Shown here piece after piece: positions 16,877 through 26,487 of a stretch of DNA of 64,000 bases. Positions within the stretch are counted from its first letter, which is position 1. Each line of letters starts with the position of its first letter. The translations under genes were made by a program, and so were the position numbers. The notes beneath the pieces were generated by a model. That model ran no database searches. It saw nothing but the letters and a program-made list of their open reading frames with translations, and was not told the origin of the DNA. This DNA comes from an uncultured archaeon (lineage in GTDB: Archaea; Iainarchaeota; Iainarchaeia; Iainarchaeales; JAAZKV01). The stretch spans positions 490,833 to 554,832 of the forward strand of contig CAZKBG010000001.1 of assembly GCA_964551375.1 (NCBI GenBank). Reading direction: 5' to 3'.

Positions 16877-17432
16877 CACTTTTTATGATAAATTCCTATT
16901 CACTAACACCCTAAAGTACCAGCACAATAACTTCTATCTTCTTAACATGCCATTTTTGATGATGCCGGTGGATGTAATCGCCGCGCTTTTGGAAATTTCA
17001 GACACTGAATTTCAAAAAAAGATTTATACTGCAATAAAAATGCACACAAAAGAGAACCTTCTTCAGCAATTCAGCCTTACTCTCGGAGTTGATAAAAAAA
17101 AGGAGCTTGATTTGCTCAAAGACTACTTTACCGCATCAGGATGGGGAAATTTGCAGACAATTGACCTCGAATTTGAAACAAAAAGAGCAATAATTCTTGT
17201 GGAGAACTCGCCTTTTGCAGCTGCGCTGAAAGGAAAAAGCGCTAGTCCGGTAGATACCTTCCTAAGAGGAGTGCTTGCAGGACTATTTTCAAAAATATTC
17301 AACGAAGACATTGACTGCGTGGAAGTTGAGTGCCTTGCGCAGAACAGCGAAAGGTGCAAATTCATAATAAAACCAAAAACAGAATTTGACTTTACAAATG
17401 CAATAGTGCAACAGCAATTAAGCGCGGATTAA
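16860..17432 (+). CDS. V4R (4-vinyl reductase-like) domain protein
   Basis: C-terminal motif GVLAGLFSKIFNEDIDCVEVECLAQNSERCKFIIKPK (CxE...C..G...C.F) is typical of V4R small-molecule-binding domains. Confidence 0.65.
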   Translation: MRNLLNTFYDKFLFTNTLKYQHNNFYLLNMPFLMMPVDVIAALLEISDTEFQKKIYTAIKMHTKENLLQQFSLTLGVDKKKELDLLKDYFTASGWGNLQTIDLEFETKRAIILVENSPFAAALKGKSASPVDTFLRGVLAGLFSKIFNEDIDCVEVECLAQNSERCKFIIKPKTEFDFTNAIVQQQLSAD

Positions 17433-17434
17433 AA

Positions 17435-18718
17435 TCAAGCCTTTGAAATCTTGATTTCAGTTTTTCCGCCCATGTACTGCTGAAGAGCTTTTGGAATTCT
17501 AATAGTGCCATCCTTAGTCTGATGATTTTCAATAATTGCCCTAAGCATCCTTGGAACAGCAACTTCAGTCGCGTTTAAAGTATGGACAAATTCTTTATCA
17601 TTACCTTTTCTAACCTTAATATTCAATCTTGTTGCCTGGTAAGAAGAGCAATTACTCAATGAATGTGTTTCAAAATATTTGCCCTCTCTTGGAGACCAGC
17701 ACTCAATATCATATTTTTTAGAAGCAACAGTCCCAATATCCCCAGTGCAAATCTTCACAACCCTATACGGCAGTTCCATTGCTTTTACAAATTCTTCAGC
17801 ATTTTTTACAAGAACCTCATGCCACTTCGCGCTGTCCTTTGAATCACAGAAAACAATCTGCTCTACCTTGTCAAACTGATGAAGCCTAAATAGCCCTCTT
17901 TCTTCAAGCCCATGCTTTCCGCCTTCCTTTCTAAAATTCATTGAATAGCCCGTGTAAAGCAAAGGCAGATCCTTTTCTTCAAAAGTTTCATCCATGTGCA
18001 TTGCAGTCAAAGGATGCTCGGCAGTCGCAATCAGGTAATGATCTTCGCCGTCAATTTTATACATCACACTTTCAAAATCAGCAAGGTCAGTCACACCCAT
18101 ATACGCTTTCTTTGTCATCATATAAGGAGGAATTACAAGCTTAAACCCCTGATTTGACAATGAATTTATGGCAAAATTAACTATTGCGATATTTAATAGA
18201 GCCAAATCGCCTTTTAACGCATAAAATCCTTCGCCAGCAATCTTAACCGCTCTGTCAAAATCAGCAACGCCAAGCTTAACTGCAAGCTGACCATGATGAA
18301 CCACAGCAAAATCTTTTTTCTTAACTTCACCAACGGTTCTTACTACAACATTTTCATCTCCGCTCTTTCCATAAGGCACGTCATCAAGAAGCATGTTTGG
18401 AATGCTCATTAAAAGAAGCTTATTCTCTTCCTCAAGCTGCTTAACTCTCTCTTCCTTTGATTTAATCTTGGCAGGAAGCAATTTTGCTTTTTCTAAAAGC
18501 TTTTTAGTATCAAGCCCTTTGCCCTTGGCAAGCTTAATTTCTTCAGTAACAGCGTTTCTTTTTGCCCTTAGTTCATCAACTTCGGCTTTAAGAGTGCGCC
18601 ACTCTTTATCCTGATTAACCCACGCGTCAAATGATGATAGGATTGCGTCATTATGTCTCTTTGACAAGTTTTCCCTAACTGCTTTAGGATTTTCTCTAAT
18701 AATTTTTGGGTCAATCAA
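17435..18718 (-). CDS. serS: Seryl-tRNA synthetase
   Basis: 427 aa. N-terminal coiled-coil tRNA-binding arm (MIDPKIIRENPKAVRENLSKR...) and class II catalytic core motifs (FRKEGGKHG...RLHQFDKVEQ; TGDIGTVASKKYDIECW). Confidence 0.9.
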   Translation of the reverse strand: MIDPKIIRENPKAVRENLSKRHNDAILSSFDAWVNQDKEWRTLKAEVDELRAKRNAVTEEIKLAKGKGLDTKKLLEKAKLLPAKIKSKEERVKQLEEENKLLLMSIPNMLLDDVPYGKSGDENVVVRTVGEVKKKDFAVVHHGQLAVKLGVADFDRAVKIAGEGFYALKGDLALLNIAIVNFAINSLSNQGFKLVIPPYMMTKKAYMGVTDLADFESVMYKIDGEDHYLIATAEHPLTAMHMDETFEEKDLPLLYTGYSMNFRKEGGKHGLEERGLFRLHQFDKVEQIVFCDSKDSAKWHEVLVKNAEEFVKAMELPYRVVKICTGDIGTVASKKYDIECWSPREGKYFETHSLSNCSSYQATRLNIKVRKGNDKEFVHTLNATEVAVPRMLRAIIENHQTKDGTIRIPKALQQYMGGKTEIKISKA

Positions 18719-18815
18719 TCATATCACCAAAATAATGATACTCCAATAAATTATTAAACGGATTTTGCCCCGGCAGGCGCAACTAATATAGTATATAAAC
18801 AGGATACGCGAAAAT

Positions 18816-19805
18816 ATGTGCATGAAAGGAAAAACAATACTGGCTGATTTGCACACTCATTTAAATGAGAAAAAAATTGACCCAAAAGAATGGTGGGCTG
18901 CGGTAAAACAAAAAAAGCTAAGCATAATCGCAATAACCGAACACTCATATTATTCCCCAAAAGAAGCATATTTGAAACTAAAAAAAATCCAGCCGAAAGG
19001 AATACTGCTTATTCCAGGAGTGGAAGCTAAAACAAGCGCAGGGGATTTATTAATTTACGGAGAAGACGAAAGCATTTACGATACTGAAGATATTTTTGAA
19101 AAAGGAGTTAATGTTGACAAAGCCCTAACTGCGGTAAAGAAACATAATTTGTTGGCTAGTTTTGCCCACCCGCACGGATTCAAACTTGACTCAATATGCG
19201 AAGCCCTTGGAGAAAAAGAAGCCCTAAAACTTGTAAAAAAATACCAAACAGGAGCAGAGTACTATAATGGAATGCTTGCAAGCGCAAACCAACTATTGTT
19301 TGGCAGAAAAATAATAAAGAAATTTTATGGACTGCTTGATTTTATGGACCATAACAGAGCGACAAGCGGGCTTAAAATAAACAAGCCAACCCACTGGACA
19401 AAATCAAAACTGGAAAAAATTGCCCTCCAAACAATTGAAAGAGTAAGACAGGGAATGCTTTTTGCGGAAAAAGCAAAATTTATCACGGTCGGAAGCGATG
19501 CGCACTACCCAAGATCCATAGGAAGCTCGGTAATTGAGATGAAAAGAATGCCAAAAAATGAAAAAGAATTTCTAACAATGCTCAAAAACAAAGAAATTTT
19601 GTGGGCCGGGCCAAATATTCACTCGCACAATCCGGTTGACAGAGTGGGAAGAAAAGAAATTTTTGAAGGATTAGTGTATTTAACCAAGAAAAAAATTTTA
19701 AAAAAGCCAAAAATAAGGATTGTGAAGAAAATTAGGCATAAAATCCTTCAGAGGAAAGGAATAAAAAGAAGTAAAAAGATAAGTAAGAAGGCAAAAGGTC
19801 AATAA
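18816..19805 (+). CDS. PHP-domain metal-dependent phosphoesterase with Lys-rich C-terminal tail
   Basis: PHP motifs LADLHTHLNEK ... ITEHSYY ... AHPHG ... GSDAHYP. The last ~45 aa are about 50% Lys/Arg. Confidence 0.75.
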   Translation: MCMKGKTILADLHTHLNEKKIDPKEWWAAVKQKKLSIIAITEHSYYSPKEAYLKLKKIQPKGILLIPGVEAKTSAGDLLIYGEDESIYDTEDIFEKGVNVDKALTAVKKHNLLASFAHPHGFKLDSICEALGEKEALKLVKKYQTGAEYYNGMLASANQLLFGRKIIKKFYGLLDFMDHNRATSGLKINKPTHWTKSKLEKIALQTIERVRQGMLFAEKAKFITVGSDAHYPRSIGSSVIEMKRMPKNEKEFLTMLKNKEILWAGPNIHSHNPVDRVGRKEIFEGLVYLTKKKILKKPKIRIVKKIRHKILQRKGIKRSKKISKKAKGQ

Positions 19806-19858
19806 TTAGGACAAAAAATTGAAAGCTTTTGTTAAAAAAATAAAAAAAGGTTGGGAAA

Positions 19859-20266
19859 ATGAAGTACGCGGTGACTGAGAGCACTAATGTTGAAAATATT
19901 CCTCGCGACACAACCGAAATTCATCTTGTAAGGCCAATTAAATGGGATAAAATCCAGACTCTTATTCAAAAATGCCCAATAAAAATGATTACTCTATCCA
20001 CTTCCTGCCTTAAGCGACTTCCAAGAAAGACGCAGAAGAGATTAAAGGAAAAAGGCGTGTCAATGGCAATAGAAAAAAGAAGAGGAAGGGCAATTGATAT
20101 ACCCATGGAGAAGATGCTTCAGATAATTGAGCTTAGAAAAGATTACCAGACTGTGCGAGAGATTGAAAAAATCACAGGAGTACCAAAATCAACAGTACAC
20201 TATTTGATAAAATACGCTGACAGAGGAAAGATTAAGAAAGGGAATAATGTAGTTTATCTAAAATAG
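19859..20266 (+). CDS. Hypothetical protein with C-terminal HTH
   Basis: 135 aa. C-terminal TVREIEKITGVPKSTVHYLIKYADRG looks like a helix-turn-helix. Confidence 0.4.
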   Translation: MKYAVTESTNVENIPRDTTEIHLVRPIKWDKIQTLIQKCPIKMITLSTSCLKRLPRKTQKRLKEKGVSMAIEKRRGRAIDIPMEKMLQIIELRKDYQTVREIEKITGVPKSTVHYLIKYADRGKIKKGNNVVYLK

Positions 20267-20361
20267 CCAAATAAAACAGCAAAAACAGCCTGATTTTAAA
20301 TAAAAATTAAAAAAATAATCTCCTGAAAAGGAATTAATACCCAAAAAGCACCTAATTTATC

Positions 20362-21477
20362 ATGGCGCTTGATGCAAAAACACTTGCTTACGTAAAAACA
20401 GCCAAGAGAATTGAGAAAGAATTTGGCGTAAAAGCATGCGTTATAAGAAAAAATGAAAAAAGCATGATTCCTTGGATTACAAGCTCTGAAGGATTTGCAA
20501 TTTATATTATCGCAGGACAGGAAAAAAGGGAAATTGTTGAAAAGATACACCAAAAATATCAAATGAGCGGGGTAATGGTGCAGCACATGTACCCTGTGGA
20601 AGAAATGCTCAAAATAATAAGAGCAAATCCAGCCAGAATACGAAACGAACTTGGGGGAATGGGCTTCTTAGTTCCTTTCTTTTTCAATGAAGAAGTTTAC
20701 GGCAAATACTCCGCGGAGTTCACTGAAAAATTCAAAGCGGAATTTGGACCTCAACTCAACAGGGAAATAAACGCACGGCTTGAAAGACTTGCGCAGTCGG
20801 AAAAGCGAAGCGTAGAACAATATAATGCATTCATGAGAAGAGTAAAAGAAAGAGAAAAAAGGCTTGTAGGGCCGATTGAAGAAAGAGACTTAAGCAGACA
20901 AATGAAGGAAATGGCTGAACACATAAACAAAAAGAAAGGAAAAGTGCTCATTGTTCTTGACAAATCAGGAAGGCCGCTTGGAATACCATTAAAGAAAATT
21001 CTTAGAGAAGCATACAAGCGGGATGTGAAGGTATTTTTCCTCGACCCAAAAAAAGCACGTGTGGCAGGAATTGAAAAACTAACCCTTGCAAGCGAAAGCG
21101 CAAAAACTCTTGCAAAAGAGCACCCTTATTTAGTAAAAGCTGTAAGAAACAAGCAAGTAATGCTTGTGGATGACCAAATCTGGCAGGGAAAAGCCCTTAC
21201 TTCAGTCGCGGAATTGTTAAAACCATTCAAGCCAAAAGGAATTGACGCCACTTATTTATCCGCATATCCAACCGAACCCCAGCCAAGCTGGAGATCGCAC
21301 CAGATGCACCACATAAGAGAGCCAGAAAATGCAGGACGCGAGTTTGTTTCAAAACAAGCAGAGCTAAGCGCTTATGAAAGGACAAGATTAAACAAAATGA
21401 GAGCAAGATTAAACCGAGCCGCAGAGAATGCGGTAAAAAGAATTGCGAAAAATAAAACAAAAATTAGAAAACGCTAA
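20362..21477 (+). CDS. Hypothetical protein with C-terminal phosphoribosyltransferase-like domain
   Basis: 371 aa. Segment KGKVLIVLDKSGRPLGIP ... NKQVMLVDDQIWQGKALTSV resembles the type I PRTase PRPP-binding motif. The N-terminal half is unknown. Confidence 0.45.
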   Translation: MALDAKTLAYVKTAKRIEKEFGVKACVIRKNEKSMIPWITSSEGFAIYIIAGQEKREIVEKIHQKYQMSGVMVQHMYPVEEMLKIIRANPARIRNELGGMGFLVPFFFNEEVYGKYSAEFTEKFKAEFGPQLNREINARLERLAQSEKRSVEQYNAFMRRVKEREKRLVGPIEERDLSRQMKEMAEHINKKKGKVLIVLDKSGRPLGIPLKKILREAYKRDVKVFFLDPKKARVAGIEKLTLASESAKTLAKEHPYLVKAVRNKQVMLVDDQIWQGKALTSVAELLKPFKPKGIDATYLSAYPTEPQPSWRSHQMHHIREPENAGREFVSKQAELSAYERTRLNKMRARLNRAAENAVKRIAKNKTKIRKR

Positions 21478-22547
21478 AGTTTTTTATTTAAAATCCAAAG
21501 AGCGGACTGCATTATTGATTCAATTGTCTGCTTTCCCTTCCACTGCGCGGCTCCTGAATGCCCGCCCACTTCCCCGCCGACCTGCTTTTGAAGAGGAATC
21601 ATCAAATCATTCATTAAATTAAAATTATTTTTATCCTTAAACTCGGTTTCAGCCCTTGCTGAAAGAGTGGTAATGCTTCCTTCTTTTTCCTGCCCGGCTA
21701 CAAGAGAAATATCCGCCCCAAAACCCAATAATTTTGTCGCAGCAGGACCCTGAAAAAAAGAAACAACGCTTGTCACAACTATTGCACCCCCCACTTTTTG
21801 TATTTCAGAACGCTGAGCGGCTTTAAGAAAGGCAATTCTTTCATCATCTTTTAAATTATGCTTTGAGAACTCCAGCACTTCGGCATAAGTCCTTCCTGAC
21901 TTTTTTAATGAATTTGCAAAAGAAGCAAATGAATCGGAGTCTCCAACCAAAAAATGCCCTGTGTCTTCAACTATGCCAATGCAATTCCAAAAATGGGGCT
22001 GTTTATCATCAAACTTGTCCAACAATTTGAGCAATAACTCTGTTGTGGACACAGCGTCTTCATTAATGAAAGCATTTTGTCCTTTTACAATGCTGTCTTT
22101 CTCAATCACATGATGGTCAAAAGCAAATACTTTAGGCGCAAGGCAAATCTTAACCCCGCAGTATCCTTTTTGCACTTCTTCAAAACTCTTCCTCAACTTC
22201 CCAAGCTGCTCAAAAGAGTTAAAGTCAAACAAAATAATTACTCCAAATGCGCACAAATCAGGATTTACTTGAAATGAAATCTTTTCCTTAAAACAAAAAG
22301 ATTGCGCCTGCTCATTTATGTGCGAAGGAATCCCGACAACTGAAGAAATCCCCTGCTTTTTCAAATACTTTTGAAAAATTGCCGCAGAGCAGACAGCATC
22401 AAGATCAGCGTTATCATGCGCAAGAAGAAGAACATCTTTGCCTTTGCAGGCAGAAATAAGATTAGCAATCTGAGTAACTGGCTTAGCCATGCATAAGAAA
22501 TGCATTTGAATAATAAAAATGCTTGCCCCACTTATCGGCGCAAGCAA
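21474..22547 (-). CDS. DHH-family phosphoesterase (RecJ-like/nanoRNase-like, DHH+DHHA1)
   Basis: Motifs HDNADLDAVCSA, AFDHH and C-terminal GGHSGAAQ (DHHA1 GGH). True start is likely the internal Met (MAKPVTQ). Confidence 0.8.
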   Translation of the reverse strand: MLAPISGASIFIIQMHFLCMAKPVTQIANLISACKGKDVLLLAHDNADLDAVCSAAIFQKYLKKQGISSVVGIPSHINEQAQSFCFKEKISFQVNPDLCAFGVIILFDFNSFEQLGKLRKSFEEVQKGYCGVKICLAPKVFAFDHHVIEKDSIVKGQNAFINEDAVSTTELLLKLLDKFDDKQPHFWNCIGIVEDTGHFLVGDSDSFASFANSLKKSGRTYAEVLEFSKHNLKDDERIAFLKAAQRSEIQKVGGAIVVTSVVSFFQGPAATKLLGFGADISLVAGQEKEGSITTLSARAETEFKDKNNFNLMNDLMIPLQKQVGGEVGGHSGAAQWKGKQTIESIMQSALWILNKKL

Positions 22548-22571
22548 AATGAGATTAATTACTATTTATTT

Positions 22572-22964
22572 TTACTTTTTTTTCTTCTCAATAACAGTTG
22601 TCTTATCAGCAACAGGAGCCTTTTCTTTTTCAGTCTTCATTTCAGCTTCAAGCTTTGCCTGAATTGCCTTAAGTTTCTTTACTGAATTCTCTTCCTGCTT
22701 TTCAAGAGTCTTAAGTCTAAGATCAGTGCTTTCTTTTTTAGTCTCAAGTTCAGCCTGCATTTCTTTAGCGTCTTTAGGAAACAAAACATTCCCAACAACC
22801 TTATACACAGTCTTTTCCTTTACTTTTGTCAGTTCTTCAAGCGAAGCATTGACAAGTTCAAGCTGCAGCGAAACCTGCTGTTTTTGAGCGCTGATATTTG
22901 CCAGCATCTGCCTGTTCCTCTCAAATTCCAAAATTGCAGCTCTCTGTTCATCCTCATTCATCAA
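22572..22964 (-). CDS. pfdB: Prefoldin beta subunit
   Basis: 130-aa coiled-coil / beta-hairpin / coiled-coil layout (...KEKTVYKVVGNVLFPKDAKE...). Sits in the conserved position at the end of the exosome superoperon. Confidence 0.7.
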   Translation of the reverse strand: MMNEDEQRAAILEFERNRQMLANISAQKQQVSLQLELVNASLEELTKVKEKTVYKVVGNVLFPKDAKEMQAELETKKESTDLRLKTLEKQEENSVKKLKAIQAKLEAEMKTEKEKAPVADKTTVIEKKKK

Positions 22965-23194
22965 AACTCCTCCAACTGATTAAATAAAACTAACGGCTTA
23001 AGTAAAGCATTAAGCGAAGCCCTTAAAGCAGTTTTGTCCTGCGCGCTAATCTTAATATCAAGCAAAGAATCCCGCTGTGAAACAACCGTTTTGCTTCTTA
23101 AGAACTCTTCCTCAACTTCAGGCTTAATAGACTTAAAAAAACGCAGAGCCTGACTCTTTGAATCAAACCCAAGCTTTAATTCAAGCAAAAACAT
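22961..23194 (-). CDS. Pcc1-like KEOPS subunit, putative
   Basis: 77-aa ORF overlapping the pfdB start by 4 nt. Its size and position (between rpoP and pfdB) match the small conserved superoperon gene later identified as Pcc1. Called on position more than sequence. Confidence 0.45.
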   Translation of the reverse strand: MFLLELKLGFDSKSQALRFFKSIKPEVEEEFLRSKTVVSQRDSLLDIKISAQDKTALRASLNALLKPLVLFNQLEEF

Positions 23195-23229
23195 AAAAAT
23201 AAAATCAAAAACAGGCAGGCGATTTAGAA

Positions 23230-23364
23230 TTATTCAGCCTTAACAGTCTTTGAAATTGGTTCGCGAGTCTTGTAAAGAATCCTATAACCGCAAGAAGGGC
23301 ATCTAACTAGACCTTCAGCAACATTAGTAACTTCAGTTCCGCACTTTGCGCATCTATAAGCCAT
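23230..23364 (-). CDS. rpoP: DNA-directed RNA polymerase subunit P (RpoP/Rpb12 homolog)
   Basis: Hand-translated 44 aa (MAYRCAKCGTEVTNVAEGLVRCPSCGYRILYKTREPISKTVKAE) with a CxxC...CxxC zinc ribbon. Absent from the ORF track (under 60 aa). Canonical position after L37ae. Confidence 0.75.
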   Translation of the reverse strand: MAYRCAKCGTEVTNVAEGLVRCPSCGYRILYKTREPISKTVKAE

Positions 23365-23376
23365 TTATTCAACCCC

Positions 23377-23862
23377 TTATTCGCTTTCCTCAGCGTTTTC
23401 TTCAGCACTTTCTTCCACAGCTTCTTCAACAGCCTCTGTCGCAGCTTCTTTTACTTCAGCCTTTTTCTTCTTTGGCTTTCTTCTCGGCTGTTCTTCTTCA
23501 ACAGGAGCCTTTTCAGCTAAAGCAGCTTCAACTTCTCTTTCAATATCAGAGTAAGATGACTTTTCTTCAATAGCTGTAACCAATTCCTTTGAATTTTCAA
23601 TGAATGATTTCTGTGAAACCATTTTGTTAATAGATTTGCCAACAAGAGTCTGAGTCTCGTAAGCTCCGCCTGTAAATTTATTACCGCATTTATTGCAATA
23701 AAATAAACCAGCAGCTTCTCTTTGAAGTTTTTCAAAACCGCAAAACGGACAAGGCACTTTAGCCTTCATCTTATTTTCAACTTCAAGAACTCTCTTCTTT
23801 ACTCCAACACCGTATCTTCCTTTGAATCTGCCTGTGCTTCCAACTTTCTTTGTGCTGCCCAT
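23377..23862 (-). CDS. rpl37ae: Ribosomal protein L37ae with a long acidic/Lys-rich C-terminal extension
   Basis: N-terminal 90 aa (KKVGSTGRFKGRYGVGVKKRVLEVENKMKAKVPCPFCG...YCNKCGNKFTGGAYE) is canonical L37ae with a C4 zinc ribbon. An additional ~70 aa form an E/K/A-rich tail. Confidence 0.85.
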   Translation of the reverse strand: MGSTKKVGSTGRFKGRYGVGVKKRVLEVENKMKAKVPCPFCGFEKLQREAAGLFYCNKCGNKFTGGAYETQTLVGKSINKMVSQKSFIENSKELVTAIEEKSSYSDIEREVEAALAEKAPVEEEQPRRKPKKKKAEVKEAATEAVEEAVEESAEENAEESE

Positions 23863-24053
23863 TTACGCTCACCAATAAACAAAATCCCCATAGGAAAGGT
23901 TTTTAAACTTGAATTGGAGGTTCCCAAAAAAACTGCCAAAATATCAATAAAACCCTAATAATCGGCTAAAATAGCCCATTTAATCAATATAAAAAATCAT
24001 CAAAAAAATAGAAAAAATGGAAAAGGATTTCTCCCCCTCCACTTTAATTAACT

Positions 24054-24851
24054 TTACTTCTTAACCAATTTTAGAATTTTCTTTCTCTTCTCGTCGTTGA
24101 TTTTGTACGCAAGGTCAATCATGTAGTTTACTTCCTCGATTGTGAAAGCGCCAGCGCCTTTCTGCATTGCGCTCATGAAGTTGTCTTCAGTTGTCGCAAC
24201 TGAAAATCTTGCTTCGCTTGCTTTTTCCTCAACGTAAGTAGGATCAACCATAATTTTTCCGCCAACTTTAACAAAAGTTGTAAGAAGAGGCAGTCTCTTT
24301 AGTTCAAGTTTGCCGTCATATTCGCCCTTAATTATTTTATTTTTGTCATTAAGCTTTGGTTTCTTAGCGTTCATGAAAGCTACAAGCCCCGCAATTGAGC
24401 CGGCATCAAACAAGTTGCCGTCAGCGTTGATTGCATAAAAATCCATGAAAGCAATCCAAACAGCTTCCCCTTCTTTTATGCAAAGACTAGCAAAATCTAT
24501 TGCCTTGCTTTCTCTGATTCCTCTGTCAACAACTCTTGCAACCTCAATTTCATCAAGTGATGGAGGGCCTGACTCGTATTCAGAGTGAGACAATGGCAAA
24601 AGTTCTGCGCCTACCGAAATTGCTCCTTCGTCAGGAGAATCAGGGTACGGTTTATCAACACCCATTTTTATTCCTGCAATAACTTCAGTCTGACCTAAAA
24701 GAACTCTTGCGCTTCCTTCAGCGTTCTCGTACTTATCAACTTCAATTGAGAAGTCTCTGATTTCTTCAAGTCCTCTTCCGTCAAGTCTTTTATCCTGTCT
24801 TGCAAGGTCAACTATTTTTGATAGTTCATGTTCAAGTATAGTAGTTCTCAT
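24054..24851 (-). CDS. Exosome complex component Rrp42 (RNase PH-like, non-catalytic)
   Basis: RNase PH fold motifs (RLDGRGLEEIRDFSIEV...AEGSARVLLGQTEVIAGIK...). Overlaps the Rrp41 stop by 4 nt. Confidence 0.85.
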   Translation of the reverse strand: MRTTILEHELSKIVDLARQDKRLDGRGLEEIRDFSIEVDKYENAEGSARVLLGQTEVIAGIKMGVDKPYPDSPDEGAISVGAELLPLSHSEYESGPPSLDEIEVARVVDRGIRESKAIDFASLCIKEGEAVWIAFMDFYAINADGNLFDAGSIAGLVAFMNAKKPKLNDKNKIIKGEYDGKLELKRLPLLTTFVKVGGKIMVDPTYVEEKASEARFSVATTEDNFMSAMQKGAGAFTIEEVNYMIDLAYKINDEKRKKILKLVKK

Positions 24852-25693
24852 TTTTTCACCTTCTTTGCTTTAACTTCTTTAGCTTCCTTTTTGCTTGCCG
24901 CCTTTGGAGCTTTCTCTTCAGACTTTTCCATTACGCCAGCTTCAACAGCTTTTTCAGAAACTTCGTTAAGAACGAATTTTTCTTTCAAGGCATTCTTCTG
25001 AACTTCGTATATGTCAGCGCATGCTTTCTGAGCTAATGGAATAATTCTAGTCCATTCATCTCTTGTCAAAAGACCATCCATCTGGAGCAGAACTACCTGC
25101 CCTGAGTTAGGCATTATTCCGATTGGAATATCAACTGCATCAGGAGCGTCTTCTTCGTGCTTGTCAAGATCTACAACCAAATCGTTGAATGCTTTTCCAA
25201 CACCAGTAGCCGCAACTAAATCCTTCATAGGGATTCCAGCATCAGCTAAAGCGCATGAAGCAGCTGTTAGGCATGCAACTCTTGAGCCCGCCTGCGAATC
25301 AACAACTTCCACGTAAACGCTGATTTCAGTGTTAGGGAATTGCTCAGTGAAAACAACCTGCTCTAAAGCTTCTGTTAACACTTTTGATATTTCCATATCT
25401 CTTCTATTTGGTCTTGGCTGTTTTCTTTCAGGAACCGAGAATGTTGTCATTCTATAAGTTACTTTCATAACAGCTTTGAGCGCGTTTTGAGTGTGCTTAG
25501 GCAGAGCTTCTCTTGGCCCGTATACCGCAGCATAAACTTTATTCTGCCCCCATTCAAGGTAAGCGGAGCCGTCAGCGTTAGGCAACACACCAACTTTGAT
25601 GCTCATCGGCCTTAACTGATCCATTTTTCTTCCGTCAACCCTCTTCTTGTCTTTCTTATAATCCGGTATTTTTTCTTCAGTCATCATATTCAC
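24848..25693 (-). CDS. Exosome complex exonuclease Rrp41 (RNase PH-like, catalytic)
   Basis: RVDGRKMDQLRPMSIKVGVL...ADGSAYLEWGQNKVYAAVYGPRE...DGSRVACLTAASCALADAGIP is canonical Rrp41. Lys-rich tail. Confidence 0.9.
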   Translation of the reverse strand: MNMMTEEKIPDYKKDKKRVDGRKMDQLRPMSIKVGVLPNADGSAYLEWGQNKVYAAVYGPREALPKHTQNALKAVMKVTYRMTTFSVPERKQPRPNRRDMEISKVLTEALEQVVFTEQFPNTEISVYVEVVDSQAGSRVACLTAASCALADAGIPMKDLVAATGVGKAFNDLVVDLDKHEEDAPDAVDIPIGIMPNSGQVVLLQMDGLLTRDEWTRIIPLAQKACADIYEVQKNALKEKFVLNEVSEKAVEAGVMEKSEEKAPKAASKKEAKEVKAKKVKK

Positions 25694-25706
25694 CTTTCAA
25701 TAAGTT

Positions 25707-26438
25707 TTAGTTTAAAACTTCTGACTCCTCTTCGTTTGAAATTACTTCAGACTCATTTTGAGCCTCTTCGCCTGCCATTGGCTTGTTTTTGAAACCGTTT
25801 TGGTCTTCTTTCTTTATTACAGAAACTTCAATTCCTTCAGCCTTAAAGAAAGCTTCAACTGAATTAGTCAAATTGCTTTTGTAAGAATTCTGGTTGATGA
25901 AACTAACAACTTTTCTTAAAAGTTCAGTGTTTCCGTTTCTTGCCCAAACTCTTCCGTTCTTTCCAATGATTATATCGCACTTAGTTCCCTGTTTCAATAA
26001 ATCAAGCATTGAGCCGTTCTTTCCGATTAATCTTGGAGTTCTAACAGGAGTCACTTCTACAACCTCTCCGCCGAACATTTTTCTCGGAAATCCAAGCTCT
26101 GCTTCTCTTAATTCGCTAACGTAAGTAACTTTAGCCGAAACCAGGTCCCCTACTTTCATTTCTTCTCTCATAACGCTTCTTGGTATGAAAGACTCAACAA
26201 ACGAGTTGATGTTGACATTATATCCCGCAAATATTGCGCGCGACACAACCCCAATTACCACATCTTCCATCTGAGGGAAATATTTTCCTTCAAGCGGAAC
26301 AACGCTTGCTTTCTCATCTTCGCTGTCATTTATTCCAAGAACTTTGGAATATATTTTGCCGTTCGCAACAAAAACATTGCTGCCAAGGCGCTTTCTTTCG
26401 TCCGAGACTAATTCTCCCGGAATTACAATTCTCTTCAT
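25707..26438 (-). CDS. Exosome cap subunit Rrp4 (S1 + KH)
   Basis: N-terminal domain IVIPGELV, S1 domain (GDLVSAKVTYVSE) and KH GxxG motif (IGKNGSMLDLL). Confidence 0.85.
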   Translation of the reverse strand: MKRIVIPGELVSDERKRLGSNVFVANGKIYSKVLGINDSEDEKASVVPLEGKYFPQMEDVVIGVVSRAIFAGYNVNINSFVESFIPRSVMREEMKVGDLVSAKVTYVSELREAELGFPRKMFGGEVVEVTPVRTPRLIGKNGSMLDLLKQGTKCDIIIGKNGRVWARNGNTELLRKVVSFINQNSYKSNLTNSVEAFFKAEGIEVSVIKKEDQNGFKNKPMAGEEAQNESEVISNEEESEVLN

Positions 26439-26487
26439 TCATTCACCTTCGTCAAAAATAATTCAAAACTAAAAAGCGCTCATTCTA

